A stretch of 64,000 nt of DNA from an uncultured Candidatus Saccharibacteria bacterium (GTDB lineage: Bacteria; Patescibacteriota; Minisyncoccia; Phycocordibacterales; PALSA-1337): positions 90,697 through 154,696 of the forward strand of contig CAYOTK010000001.1 of assembly GCA_964406895.1 (NCBI GenBank), written 5' to 3'. The notes under the pieces are model-generated. The model was not told the DNA's origin, made no database searches, and was given only the letters and a program-made list of their open reading frames with translations. Shown in pieces: positions 18,293 to 28,233 of this stretch. Each line of letters starts with the position of its first letter. The first letter of the stretch is position 1. A program made the translations under genes and the position numbers.

Positions 18293-18706
18293 ATGAATGA
18301 TTATATATCTACAATTCAAACAAAGGTCACCAACCTGCTTAAAGCATTCCCTGGCAGTCTAGCTAGAGCTTCAAAGGATCGCTGTAGTGAAATCGCCCGC
18401 CTGGTCGGATGTTGGATTTTCAAAGATTACCCTAATATTGAGATATCGGTCTTGAAAGGTGAGTTTAGCAATAATATGGCGCACGACATCTTGGTAGTAA
18501 AATATGTAGATAAAATCTATGTTCTAGATCCTACTGTTTGGCAAATCTTCCCAGAAAGTAAGACCATTGCAGTCTGTACTGTGAATTCCATCACAGAAGC
18601 TATCGTTTTTGTAACAAATAAATATGGTGGGGTTTGGAAAGTGTCCGAACTTCTTAAAGCATGTAGCTATGAGGAAGAACAAAAATTATTAGGTATTGTG
18701 TGTTAA
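18293..18706 (+). CDS. Hypothetical protein (137 aa).
   Basis: ORF only. No recognised motif. Confidence 0.4.
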   Translation: MNDYISTIQTKVTNLLKAFPGSLARASKDRCSEIARLVGCWIFKDYPNIEISVLKGEFSNNMAHDILVVKYVDKIYVLDPTVWQIFPESKTIAVCTVNSITEAIVFVTNKYGGVWKVSELLKACSYEEEQKLLGIVC

Positions 18707-18768
18707 ATCTGATTTTATTTTAATGCTGCGTACTTTAGACAAGGTTTAAATAGGGTACATATCATCAG

Positions 18769-18855
18769 CGGAGAGGGAGGGATTCGAACCCTCGAGACCC
18801 TTGCGAGCCTGCCGCTTTTCGAGAGCGGTGCCTTCGACCACTCAGCCACCTCTCC
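18769..18855 (-). tRNA. tRNA-Ser (anticodon CGA), class II with a long variable arm.
   Basis: GGAGAGG acceptor, anticodon loop CTCGAAA, long variable arm, T-loop GGTTCGAATCC. Confidence 0.8.
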
Positions 18856-18930
18856 AGGGGTGTGACCTTATATAGACTATCATTTTTTGCCTTTTTTTCA
18901 AAAAGTTGGTAATATTCGATCGGTACTTGT

Positions 18931-19002
18931 TAGTTGAATAGGCCCTATCGTCTAGTGGTTAGGACAGCAGGTTTTCAATCTGTTAACCCGGGTTCGACTC
19001 CC
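18931..19002 (+). tRNA. tRNA-Glu (anticodon UUC).
   Basis: GGCCCTA acceptor, D-arm CGTCTAGTGGTTAGGAC, anticodon loop TTTTCAA, T-arm CCGGGTTCGACTCCCGG. Confidence 0.8.
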
Positions 19003-19043
19003 GGTAGGGTCACATCGGATAATAAAAATAGATCCTAAATAGT

Positions 19044-19922
19044 ATGAACAAAACAACAAAAATAATTCTATTAGTGTTTTGGCTACTAGTCATATTATGT
19101 GAATTTATATGGATAATTATGCAATTATCACATAAAAATTCAGAAGAAGTTAAGCGTGATGTTTCAAGGCAAGAAAGTGGGGCGATTCGTATTGACGGAT
19201 GTTATTATAAACTAAATAATCAAATATATTGTGGTGGTATAGGAAGCGTGTACAATATACCAGATGTTGATATTTCTTCATTTCAGGTTATCGAACATAT
19301 TGTCGCAAAAGATAAAAATCATGTATATGTGACTAATCAAATTGATCCAAATTTGGACGCGCAGACTTTTCGTAAATATTATAAAGAAGGGCTTAATCTA
19401 TACGGTTTATTTGCTGATAAAAATGGAATTTATAATATGGACTCAAGTACAAAACTTGTACCTATTGGTTTGAATGTAGACACAGCAACAAGTGTCGATC
19501 CATTTTATATACGAGATGAAAATGGCATATATTTTAATGATTACTCTATTACGAAAATGAATAACGTAGATCCTAGAACATTTCGTATATTGGGTGGCTG
19601 TGCGTCTGTAGAGACATTTTACGCAGAATACGTGGCAGATAATAATCATGTATTTGTTGGCACTGAAATATTGCCCGGGATCGATCCGAATCATTTTGTT
19701 AGAATTGCCACAATTCAAAATAATGACGGTGAGATGCCGTACGCATTCTTTTTATGGAAGGATACAAGTGCAAAAAAAATATATGTTTACTGTGGAACCC
19801 ATATAAAAGAGGCAGATTACGATACATTTGAGTATAAAGATGGTCGTACCCAGGACAAAAATAATTATTATAACTTTAATACTGGCGGGGGAAGTTATAC
19901 AGTGTCTCCCAAATCCAAATAA
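19044..19922 (+). CDS. DKNYY-family repeat protein, membrane-anchored.
   Basis: N-terminal TM. Repeated motifs D..TF....AKDKNHVYV, DAQTFRKYY..ADKNGIYN, DPRTF...YVADNNHVFV, YDTFEYKDGRTQDKNNYYNF. Confidence 0.65.
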   Translation: MNKTTKIILLVFWLLVILCEFIWIIMQLSHKNSEEVKRDVSRQESGAIRIDGCYYKLNNQIYCGGIGSVYNIPDVDISSFQVIEHIVAKDKNHVYVTNQIDPNLDAQTFRKYYKEGLNLYGLFADKNGIYNMDSSTKLVPIGLNVDTATSVDPFYIRDENGIYFNDYSITKMNNVDPRTFRILGGCASVETFYAEYVADNNHVFVGTEILPGIDPNHFVRIATIQNNDGEMPYAFFLWKDTSAKKIYVYCGTHIKEADYDTFEYKDGRTQDKNNYYNFNTGGGSYTVSPKSK

Positions 19923-19976
19923 AATAGATTAAAAAATTTAAAACTTTTTTAGTTTACAAATTGTGTATGCTATAAT

Positions 19977-20190
19977 TTTCCGAGGAGGCGAACATGGCAT
20001 CAAAGCGTAAGAAACCGCACGGTCATCTTCGGCACTTCCTGAAACGGTGTAGAAGGCGCCGTAAGGAACGTGGCGGTTCGGGTCTCGGTCACCGGCACGT
20101 AGAAAAGTCCCAAACATGGTTGTGAGCGGGACTGTGTCGGTGATTTGTGGGCAACGGATTCGTTGCCCAACCTTGTGAGTTTATGATTAC
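19977..20190 (+). ncRNA. GC-rich island with its own extended -10 promoter (TGcTATAAT at ~19958-19966) and a 3' hairpin GGGCAACG-gatt-CGTTGCCC. Candidate structured RNA, or alternatively a 43-aa very basic sORF (19994-20125) behind a GAGGAGG Shine-Dalgarno.
   Basis: Local GC far above the flanks. Internal complementary segments (tcaccggcac / gtgtcggtga, gtccc / gggac). GC-rich codons are atypical for this genome. Confidence 0.35.
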
Positions 20191-20253
20191 GAATTGTATT
20201 TCGATCGTATATTTACAAGGTTTGACGCAGGAATACTATTCGCCAATAGTATG

Positions 20254-20772
20254 AAAATAGAGAAGTTGTGGTTGGTGTTTTGTGTTGTTTTGGTATTGAT
20301 CTGTATTTTATTTGTCGGTTTGAGTGTCGGTAATAAAAAAGCGCCATTTGTAGAAAATGAATATTATAAGATCGTTTACGTTGTTGACGGAGATACATTC
20401 AAGGTAAAAGTGAAAGATAAAATAGTGACCATAAGAATGTTGGGCATCAATACTCCTGAAACTTTGGATCCAAGAAAAGCCGAAGAATGTTTTGGCAAAC
20501 AGGCTTCAGATGAGAGTAAGAAAATACTTGCCGGTTCTATGGTGCGTTTCGAAATGAGTCCGAATAGGGAGGTTATGGATAAGTATGGTAGATACTTGAC
20601 TTACGTATATACGAAAAATAGTATATTCCTGAATGAATATCTTATATCGAACGGCTATGCCAAAGAATATACATACGACAAAGCATATTCCAAGCAATCA
20701 GAATTCAAGAGTTTAGAAAAGAAAGCCAAAAAAGATAGATTAGGTTTGTGGGGTATGTGTAACAACAAATAA
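20254..20772 (+). CDS. Thermonuclease (staphylococcal nuclease/SNase-like), membrane-anchored.
   Basis: GDTFKV...IRMLGINTPE...RYLTYVY...LISNGYAKEY SNase fold motifs. N-terminal TM. Start taken at the ATG, since the track ORF begins at an upstream TTG. Confidence 0.75.
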   Translation, partial: KIEKLWLVFCVVLVLICILFVGLSVGNKKAPFVENEYYKIVYVVDGDTFKVKVKDKIVTIRMLGINTPETLDPRKAEECFGKQASDESKKILAGSMVRFEMSPNREVMDKYGRYLTYVYTKNSIFLNEYLISNGYAKEYTYDKAYSKQSEFKSLEKKAKKDRLGLWGMCNNK

Positions 20773-20774
20773 AA

Positions 20775-21698
20775 CTATTTTGCCTTGATGTGAATATATA
20801 TATCCTCGAGAGCCTTGACCGCATCGCCAGCCGCAATATTATTCTGGTGATATAAGGCATCAGTACAATCACCCGCTGCCCAAATATTTGGATTGGAAGT
20901 CTTCTGGTCCTTCGTATTGATCTTTATGCGGCCGATAGGATCGAGTTCGATCACGTTCTTAGCGAAGTCGGTATTTGGTGTGGAGCCAATTTCTGCGAAA
21001 ATAGCTGACACGGGCAGAGTAATGTCTTTATTCGATGATGTGTCAGTGTATATGATTGCATTTACGAATTTGTCTCCGAGAATTTGTTTTGGGGTGGCGA
21101 ATTTGATGGCTTTCATGTGTGGATTCGATAATACTTTTTCGACTGTGCCTGGATCAGCTCTGAACGTACCACTGCGATTGAGAAGAGTAACGGATTTGCA
21201 GTATGCAAGAAGTTGAGCGGCACTTTCGAATGCCGCATTACCTCCTCCAACAACGACGACATCTTGTCCTGAATACATAGGACCATCACATGTTGCACAA
21301 TACGTGAGACCTTTGTGTTCATAGGTATCGGCGCCTTGAATGTCTAATTTTTTTCTTTTACTACCTGAAGCGATAAGAATGGTTTTGCTTTCGTATACGG
21401 CTTTGTCTGTTTTGATATTGAAATGATCATTTGACTTGGTTATGTCCAAGCATAATTCGCCATCTTGGAAATCTATATAGTCTTTGCCGTAGAATTTGGC
21501 ATGATTCTCTAGACTTTTCGATAGATCCAAGCCGGATATTGCAGGTGTGCCTACCCAGTTTTCTATCTTGTCTGAAACATAACTTTGTCCCAGCCAATCT
21601 TTTGTAATATGAACTGTTCGGAGGCGTTTGCGAGATGCATAAACAGCCGCTGCTGCACCCGCGGGTCCGCCACCTATAATTGCTAAATCATAAATCAT
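20775..21698 (-). CDS. trxB: Thioredoxin-disulfide reductase.
   Basis: GGGPAGAAAAVY FAD motif, CATC redox-active disulfide, VVVVGGGNAAFE NADPH motif. Confidence 0.9.
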   Translation of the reverse strand: MIYDLAIIGGGPAGAAAAVYASRKRLRTVHITKDWLGQSYVSDKIENWVGTPAISGLDLSKSLENHAKFYGKDYIDFQDGELCLDITKSNDHFNIKTDKAVYESKTILIASGSKRKKLDIQGADTYEHKGLTYCATCDGPMYSGQDVVVVGGGNAAFESAAQLLAYCKSVTLLNRSGTFRADPGTVEKVLSNPHMKAIKFATPKQILGDKFVNAIIYTDTSSNKDITLPVSAIFAEIGSTPNTDFAKNVIELDPIGRIKINTKDQKTSNPNIWAAGDCTDALYHQNNIAAGDAVKALEDIYIHIKAK

Positions 21699-21710
21699 CT
21701 TATGATTATA

Positions 21711-22904
21711 CTATTTTAGACGTGATCTTCTCAAGAAGGCAGGAATAGCTCCCCAATCATCATCTTCTTCTATCTTGGGTGTTTCTTTCTTTGGTTTGAT
21801 CTCTTCGACTACGGGTATGTCTTTCTTTGTAGTATCTGTAACGGAATTGAATATTCGGCCTTTCTCTGTAGGTTTGATATTTTGTTGAGGCTGGTGAGAG
21901 GTGAAAGGTTTCGCGAGAGTGGCGGTCGTGTCTGATTTGAGAGTAGTATTCTCTGGAAAACCGGTGGCAATAACTGTAATGCGAATCTCGTTTTTCTTGA
22001 GCTTATCATCACGAACATTACCGAATATGATTTTGGCTTCTGGATCGATGGATTCTGTAATAACTTTTGCAGCGTCTTGTATTTCGAACATAGTGAGATC
22101 TTCGCCGCCCGCGATAGAGAACAAAACACCTTTTGCTCCCGCAATAGAAACGTCGAGAAGAGGGGAATTGATAGCAGCTTTGGCAGCTTCGATGGCGCGA
22201 TTCTCGCCTGATGCTGAACCGATACCCATAAGCGCCGGGCCGGCATTTTCCATGACTGTTCTTATGTCCGCGAAGTCTATGTTGATAAGACCTGGAGTAG
22301 TGATGAGATCAGAAATACCCTCGACAGCTTGGCGAAGTATTTCGTCACACATTGCGAAGGCGTTCTTGACTGTTGTGCCTTTGTCTATGGTTGAAAGAAG
22401 TCTTTCGTTAGGAATGATAATGATAGCGTCTACTTCTTTGCGTAATTCTTCTAGGGCTGCTTCTGCTATACGAGCTCTTTGACGTCCTTCGAATGAAAAT
22501 GGTTTTGTGACAACTCCAACTGTGAGACAGCCGAGTTCCTTCGCTGTACGAGCAACGATAGGACTAGCTCCACTGCCTGTGCCACCACCAAGTCCACAAG
22601 TTACGAATACCATGTCTGCGCCTTTGACAGCTTCTTGTATTTCTTCTTTGTTCTCTTCGACAGCTCGGCGACCAAGATCTGGATTCATGCCTGTACCCAA
22701 GCCTCGGGTTAAATTCTTGCCAATGTGAATACGCTTCTTGGCTAATGAACGATGTAGGTCTTGCGAGTCTGTATTGATGGCCATGAAGTCTACTCCACGC
22801 ACCTTACAACTAATCATGTGATTGATAGCATTCATGCCAGAACCACCTACACCAAGGACTTTGATTCTTGCAAATGCTTCTATTTCTGGAGTTATATTGG
22901 GCAT
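21711..22904 (-). CDS. ftsZ: Cell division GTPase FtsZ.
   Basis: GVGGSGMNAINHM and VFVTCGLGGGTGSGASP tubulin signature. Confidence 0.95.
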   Translation of the reverse strand: MPNITPEIEAFARIKVLGVGGSGMNAINHMISCKVRGVDFMAINTDSQDLHRSLAKKRIHIGKNLTRGLGTGMNPDLGRRAVEENKEEIQEAVKGADMVFVTCGLGGGTGSGASPIVARTAKELGCLTVGVVTKPFSFEGRQRARIAEAALEELRKEVDAIIIIPNERLLSTIDKGTTVKNAFAMCDEILRQAVEGISDLITTPGLINIDFADIRTVMENAGPALMGIGSASGENRAIEAAKAAINSPLLDVSIAGAKGVLFSIAGGEDLTMFEIQDAAKVITESIDPEAKIIFGNVRDDKLKKNEIRITVIATGFPENTTLKSDTTATLAKPFTSHQPQQNIKPTEKGRIFNSVTDTTKKDIPVVEEIKPKKETPKIEEDDDWGAIPAFLRRSRLK

Positions 22905-23002
22905 AGAAGCAATAATATCAGTTCCATTTCAATGCGCAAGTTGAAATTGCTCAGAAAAGATGTTGAAAATATAAAGCCCAAATTTATGATACGAAAAAAT
23001 AA

Positions 23003-24184
23003 TTATGGCAAGAATTGCTTCAACCAACGAGAGCTAGCCTTCCACAAATTCTTGACTGTACGAAGTGAATTGTCTAATTCTGGTCCTTCTTCTGCATGAA
23101 GACCCCATATGCACAGACCGTATGCCACCGCCCATGTTCCATCCTTGAATGAAGATTTATTATCACTTGCAAATATCGAACCAATTCGACTCGGTAATTT
23201 GAGTGATGCTTTTGCCAAAGTATCGATTGTATTTAATCCTGATCCTCCTCCCGTAATAATAATACCCGCAGGAAGTAAACCGTTTCTGCCGATTTTCTTC
23301 AAGTGAGCTTCGATAAGTTCGAAAATATCAGATAGTCTAGCGGTGATTATTTCTTCGAGTTTCTTTCTTGGATATGAACTACCGGTTATGGCGCCAATCT
23401 TAATTTGTTCTGCTTCTTCGAGTGGCACCTTGAGGCCTAGAGCAATGTCATTTGTAATATCTGTAGATCCAATAGGGAAGACTTCGAGTGATGTCGGTAT
23501 ATTGTTCTCGAATACTGCAATAGAGACTGTTTCTGCACCGATATTGGCGAGAACACAGCCGGCGTTTTTCTGAGATTTGGTCAGCATTACGAAGCTGGCA
23601 GAAATAGGCGCAGCCATGACGTCTTCTACTTCTATGTCTGCTTCATTTGCTGCCTGAATAAGATCGGTTACATGATGATCTAAACAAGTTACGAAAAGTG
23701 TTTTGAGTTCGACTTTATTACCCGTCAATCCTTCGATACTGCCGAGCACAGGTTCATTGTCGACCTTGTATTGAAGTGGAATATTGTAAATAATACGACG
23801 ATTGGCGATGGCTGGCTTCGGTATGTCTTTCTCGCATTGCTCGTGGAGTTTTTTGATATCAAGATCAGTGATCTCAGCGTCTGCGCGGGAAGTAATAATA
23901 GAACTTGTTACATTAATACTACTTAGTCCTATGCCACCAATACCTAAGAAGGCTTTCTTGACTTTCACTCCTGCTTTTTCTTCGGCGATCGATACTGCTT
24001 CACGGATACTGGCTTTAACATCTTTGACATTGGTAACATAACCATGCCGGAGGCCGTGTGATTCGGCTATACCAAGGCCGATGATTCTAGGCATGCCTTT
24101 TTCGTTGCGTTCTCTTGCATCGACAATTACCACTTTGACATGATATGTGCCGACATCGATTCCTGTAATGATGTTTCTTGTCAT
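23003..24184 (-). CDS. ftsA: Cell division protein FtsA.
   Basis: Actin-like ATPase: IITGIDVGTYHVKVVI N-terminus. Immediately upstream of ftsZ. Confidence 0.85.
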   Translation of the reverse strand: MTRNIITGIDVGTYHVKVVIVDARERNEKGMPRIIGLGIAESHGLRHGYVTNVKDVKASIREAVSIAEEKAGVKVKKAFLGIGGIGLSSINVTSSIITSRADAEITDLDIKKLHEQCEKDIPKPAIANRRIIYNIPLQYKVDNEPVLGSIEGLTGNKVELKTLFVTCLDHHVTDLIQAANEADIEVEDVMAAPISASFVMLTKSQKNAGCVLANIGAETVSIAVFENNIPTSLEVFPIGSTDITNDIALGLKVPLEEAEQIKIGAITGSSYPRKKLEEIITARLSDIFELIEAHLKKIGRNGLLPAGIIITGGGSGLNTIDTLAKASLKLPSRIGSIFASDNKSSFKDGTWAVAYGLCIWGLHAEEGPELDNSLRTVKNLWKASSRWLKQFLP

Positions 24185-24202
24185 TTATATATGTTTGTGA
24201 AA

Positions 24203-24598
24203 TTAGACCTGAAATTTATTTCTGATTTCTGTCTCTATCTCTTCCATTTTACTACCATGGTCGTAACCTTTCAAATGCACGCAACCGTGGATAAATAAAA
24301 AAATCAAGAAATTGTCGACTTTGCGATCAAATTTTCCTGCCTCTTTCTCGACTTCATTCATGCAAAAGAATATTTCTCCTTCATTTTGACTCAAAGGGAA
24401 ACTAAGTATGTCAGTCGGAGTGTTTTTATTTCTGTAACTCGAATTTAATTCTTGGATTTTCTGAGAACTTGTAAAGACAACCGATAGTTCATATTTACTA
24501 CCCAAGCAATAGTCTTTAATTCCTTGAATTTTATCCAAGTCGAAATATTCAGGACATTTTTGGCCGGAATCAATCGTTATAGACACTTTTTGCGTCAT
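24203..24598 (-). CDS. ybeY: Endoribonuclease YbeY (rRNA maturation factor).
   Basis: HGCVHLKGYDH zinc-binding motif. Confidence 0.8.
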   Translation of the reverse strand: MTQKVSITIDSGQKCPEYFDLDKIQGIKDYCLGSKYELSVVFTSSQKIQELNSSYRNKNTPTDILSFPLSQNEGEIFFCMNEVEKEAGKFDRKVDNFLIFLFIHGCVHLKGYDHGSKMEEIETEIRNKFQV

Positions 24599-24605
24599 AG
24601 GAACG

Positions 24606-24848
24606 TTATTTCTTGTGTTCGGTTTTTGGAGCGATTTTGCCGAGCTTGATGAGTGTTTCCATTTCTTTCCTGCGATTCAAGGTTTTCAAAGTTTTTTGTT
24701 TGATCTTGTAGTGACTCTGAATACGAGTACTGAATCTCAAGCTTCTTACGCGAGGAATTATGCCTGAACCTTGTACTTTCCTAGTGAAACGTCTAAGCAC
24801 ACCTAGACTGTTTTCGCCGGTATTTCTTGTTACTGATGCATTTATCAT
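24606..24848 (-). CDS. rpsU: 30S ribosomal protein S21.
   Basis: LGVLRRFTRKVQGSGIIPRVRSLRFSTR aligns with the bS21 core ([27 protein letters not shown]). Confidence 0.65.
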   Translation of the reverse strand: MINASVTRNTGENSLGVLRRFTRKVQGSGIIPRVRSLRFSTRIQSHYKIKQKTLKTLNRRKEMETLIKLGKIAPKTEHKK

Positions 24849-24902
24849 AGTGCGTAAATACTATCATAAGACAATATTTTGGGCAAGTTTCTGAGATAAT
24901 TG

Positions 24903-26111
24903 CTAATTCTTATAATACTTATTTTCTATATCCTTCATGTACTTAGGTAAATCTTCAATTTTTATGATTTGTTGAGAATGACTGTCGTTATGTCTCACAA
25001 TGACGGTATTTTCGACTGCTTCTTTCTTGCCCATGACGATAACATATGGAGTGTGATATCTTTCCACAGAAGAAACTTGAGCACCAAGTCGGTCCTTGGA
25101 TAGAGAAAGGTGAAGTGGAATTTTGGCTTTTCTCAAAATCTCTATTACCTTGAGAGAAAGTAATTTGGATTCGACGCTGAGTTGTACGAAAGAGGCGATA
25201 GGTTTCTTCATTTTCGTGAGAGGTTTCTTGTTGTCTTTGTTTTTTGCTTTAACTAATATCGAAATACCACAACCAGGAACATCTCTTTTTACGTTCATTT
25301 TCTTTGCAATTCCAGAATATCGTCCTCCGATTGCCAAAATATTGTTTCTTTTGTTCTTATCGGAACTTTCGTCGGCATTCAATATTGTGAATATTGTTTC
25401 TGTACATAGAGACCGATTGCCAATCAATGAATTATTGATGAAATAGGGTACTTCTATTGCTTCTAAATATTCTAGGACTTCTTCGAGGTGCTTCTTGCTA
25501 CTCTCGCTAAGATAATTGATAGAATTCGGTGCGCGTTTGTTGATCTCTAGGCATGAAGGTTCATCCGAAGTCAAAACTTCGAAAGGTCCTTTCTTTAGTA
25601 ACTGTCTTCCTTCAGTAGTTAATTCATTTATATGTTTGCGATAATATGATGTCAATTCACGAGTGAATTTGGCCAAAGAATCCTTGTCACCGATGCTGTT
25701 AATTTCTACAATTGTATTTTTGTAACCTTCTTCTCCGAGCATTATTCTTGCGCATTGAATAATTGTGGCTTCAGATATGCTGCTTGTTGTGCCGAGAACT
25801 TCCAGTTGACCAAGAAAATTGTCATTTTTCTTCGCGCCTTTTATGGAATCCTTGAAATACAACATTACAGGCTGAGATTGGGAGAAAAGTTCTTTTTCTT
25901 GATACATTCTTACGATTGCAACTTTTTCATCGGTTCTGATATTGATTATGTTTGAATTGTTGCCGTGATTTTCTGGATCTATTGATTTTGCAATATCTTC
26001 GTCGGATTTGGATATTGTCGGAGACTTGATAGGTTGGAATCCATAATAAACTGGAATTTCACCGATTTTGTCTAAATTCTCGAATGAATTGAACTTTGTG
26101 ATTTTATTCAT
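24903..26111 (-). CDS. hisS: Histidine--tRNA ligase (class IIa), divergent.
   Basis: GGRYSGIAKKMN...VPGCGISI motif 3 region. C-terminal anticodon-binding domain (YVIVMGKKEAVENTVIVR). Confidence 0.65.
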   Translation of the reverse strand: MNKITKFNSFENLDKIGEIPVYYGFQPIKSPTISKSDEDIAKSIDPENHGNNSNIINIRTDEKVAIVRMYQEKELFSQSQPVMLYFKDSIKGAKKNDNFLGQLEVLGTTSSISEATIIQCARIMLGEEGYKNTIVEINSIGDKDSLAKFTRELTSYYRKHINELTTEGRQLLKKGPFEVLTSDEPSCLEINKRAPNSINYLSESSKKHLEEVLEYLEAIEVPYFINNSLIGNRSLCTETIFTILNADESSDKNKRNNILAIGGRYSGIAKKMNVKRDVPGCGISILVKAKNKDNKKPLTKMKKPIASFVQLSVESKLLSLKVIEILRKAKIPLHLSLSKDRLGAQVSSVERYHTPYVIVMGKKEAVENTVIVRHNDSHSQQIIKIEDLPKYMKDIENKYYKN

Positions 26112-26649
26112 TGTATTTTCCAGGTAATATGGATATTTTGTTAAGTGGTAATAATCTTATTATTGGACGACCAATTATTAGTTTTTCATTCACGGGTCCC
26201 CAAGCCCTAGAATCTGAACTATCTTTGCGATTGTCTCCCATCACGAAGTACTGATCTTTGCCGAGAATGAAGGTCGTGTTTTCGTGAGATTTTTGTGATG
26301 TCTTTACATAAGGTTCTAATAGATGTTTTCCGGTCGTTGAGGCATTGTTGTTAGAAACCGTCACCTCACCGTCTGTTATAGTTATTTTTTCTCCAGGAAG
26401 GCCGATGACTCTTTTTATGAAATATAGTTTTGTATTATTGGGGTATCTGAATACTATAACCTCGTCTCGCTTGGGATTCCTGAAATCAAATGTCAGTCTG
26501 TCAATAATGAGGAAATGTCTAGTTTCGAATGTGGGCGACATAGATGAGCCGTCAACCACGAATGGTTCAGCTATAAACAAACGGATGGGTATAGCTATGG
26601 CTAGAGCTATGACTATTATGAATAACCATTCAGTTATTTGCCTTATCAT
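26104..26649 (-). CDS. lepB: Signal peptidase I.
   Basis: VVDGSSMSPTF (Ser nucleophile box) and GDNRKDSSDSR box E. N-terminal TM. Confidence 0.85.
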   Translation of the reverse strand: MIRQITEWLFIIVIALAIAIPIRLFIAEPFVVDGSSMSPTFETRHFLIIDRLTFDFRNPKRDEVIVFRYPNNTKLYFIKRVIGLPGEKITITDGEVTVSNNNASTTGKHLLEPYVKTSQKSHENTTFILGKDQYFVMGDNRKDSSDSRAWGPVNEKLIIGRPIIRLLPLNKISILPGKYNE

Positions 26650-26781
26650 ATACGCATTCTATTATGAAAATCGAACTGGCACAAGTTTTTCAATATTATC
26701 AACATGCTACATGTATGCAGTGTATATATGTGATATAATTGTGATGAATATTTCTATTATTTATTATCGTATCCAAAACAT

Positions 26782-27111
26782 ATGAATCCCAAAAAAAACA
26801 ATCATGCAGTGCGCCTAGTTTCACTAATTGTTCTGCTTGTTGTTGCTATCGTTGTTTCTTTCTTGATTACTGATGTATTCAAAAAGAAATCACAACCTGT
26901 AGAGCCAATACCGACATTCAAGCCGACAATTTCAAGGTCAAATCTAGACATATTCAATGATCTCAAAATTGCAAATCAAGCAACCGTTATCTCCGATAAA
27001 GAAAGAGTCGATATATTCAAGGCAATGAAGGCAAAGAATAAATCCGACACACAATTGTCTGACAAACAAAAAACCGCAATATTATCAGCCATGATACAAG
27101 CACAAAAATAA
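26782..27111 (+). CDS. Small membrane-anchored hypothetical protein (109 aa).
   Basis: N-terminal TM helix. Lys-rich C-terminal part. Confidence 0.5.
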   Translation: MNPKKNNHAVRLVSLIVLLVVAIVVSFLITDVFKKKSQPVEPIPTFKPTISRSNLDIFNDLKIANQATVISDKERVDIFKAMKAKNKSDTQLSDKQKTAILSAMIQAQK

Positions 27112-27120
27112 CAAAATAAT

Positions 27121-27549
27121 ATGAATACAAAAAATATTTTAAATAAAATAGTTTCAGTAACAGGTTTGGCTCTGGGTGCATTTGCATTATCAGCTTTGGC
27201 TGGCTCATGGACTGCGCCAAATCAACCTCCTCCTAATGGTAATGCTGATGCCCCTATCAATGTAGGTACTTCTCCACAACACAAAGCTGGTACATTGGCT
27301 CTAGGCAAATCATCTGATGCCCTGAGTGGTTTGGTTATGGATATCAATGGTGCTATTGGTGCAGTCAATCTCATTACAACAGGGGATGTTACAGTTGGTG
27401 GCAATCTGGGTGTTGGCACAGCCTCACCTAGCAAGAAGCTGGAAGTAGTTGGTGGTCCTATCAAGGCAACTGGCGGTCTTATTATAGAGACTGTCTCTGC
27501 CGATCCTGCAAGTCCAGAGACGGGAAGAATGTGGCTAGTCACTCCATAA
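27121..27549 (+). CDS. Secreted Gly/Thr-rich surface protein, paralog A (142 aa).
   Basis: Signal peptide ...ALSALAGSW|TAP. Conserved block GNADAPINVG..QHKAGTLALGKSSDALSGL shared with 28852-29607. Confidence 0.6.
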   Translation: MNTKNILNKIVSVTGLALGAFALSALAGSWTAPNQPPPNGNADAPINVGTSPQHKAGTLALGKSSDALSGLVMDINGAIGAVNLITTGDVTVGGNLGVGTASPSKKLEVVGGPIKATGGLIIETVSADPASPETGRMWLVTP

Positions 27550-27556
27550 TATTCAT

Positions 27557-28225
27557 ATGATCAAAATCAAAAGTCATTCAAAAATTTTACTTAGTCTTAC
27601 AGTTTTGATCCTTATTGCTGGTGTTTTATTCGTGTCTCGAGAAGTTAAGGCTTTGTCTTTCATCGATATAGGTCTTAGAATCAATCAGGGCACTCAAGCC
27701 GTACCGGATATTCAGAAGATAGCGATCGAAGATCCTTCTGGCTCTGTCAGTTCGCCTCTTATGATTGCAAAGGGTGGTGCGAAATATCATGTTGCATTGG
27801 TTGATCCTTCTGATCCGTTTGCTACAAAGGCTCATATAAAATTGGCTAGTGGAATAGTGAAGGCTCTGAGGAAGTTGGGTAGTGCGGCTGTTTTGCAAGA
27901 TCAAACTGTTATGGCCATCGGTCATAGTAGTGGTTCGAATACCAATTTCTATGCTTCAATTGTAATTGCCAATCCTACTTCTAGTACAATTACTTTGACG
28001 AGAACATCATATACACTTGCATATCAAGAAGCTGTACCGCCTTCTACTATTGTGATCGGCGCAAACTCCTCAGTTACACAGATATTCGGTAGTAAAATAT
28101 TCCCTGGCAATCCCGCTGTGCCTGATGCCAATTATGCGAATAAGAGCGGAACGGTGACATATTCTATCAGCGTTGGGGGTACTTCTTCCGGCAGCGTGAC
28201 GTATATATGGGATTACGCAATATAA
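27557..28225 (+). CDS. Secreted hypothetical protein (222 aa).
   Basis: N-terminal signal/anchor. Lies between the two paralogs. Confidence 0.5.
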   Translation: MIKIKSHSKILLSLTVLILIAGVLFVSREVKALSFIDIGLRINQGTQAVPDIQKIAIEDPSGSVSSPLMIAKGGAKYHVALVDPSDPFATKAHIKLASGIVKALRKLGSAAVLQDQTVMAIGHSSGSNTNFYASIVIANPTSSTITLTRTSYTLAYQEAVPPSTIVIGANSSVTQIFGSKIFPGNPAVPDANYANKSGTVTYSISVGGTSSGSVTYIWDYAI

Positions 28226-28233
28226 TTTTAAAC

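Noticed and set aside
19994-20125. Calling the 43-aa basic ORF a ribosomal protein (L34/L36-like).
   Set aside because: There is only compositional resemblance and no motif match, and the codon usage is atypical. It is reported only as an alternative under the GC-island finding.
21809-22728. Track ORFs antisense or out of frame within ftsZ (21809-22246, 21901-22482, 22507-22728), and the similar set within dnaE, ftsA and the giant surface gene.
   Set aside because: They are embedded in strongly supported conserved genes and have no independent support.
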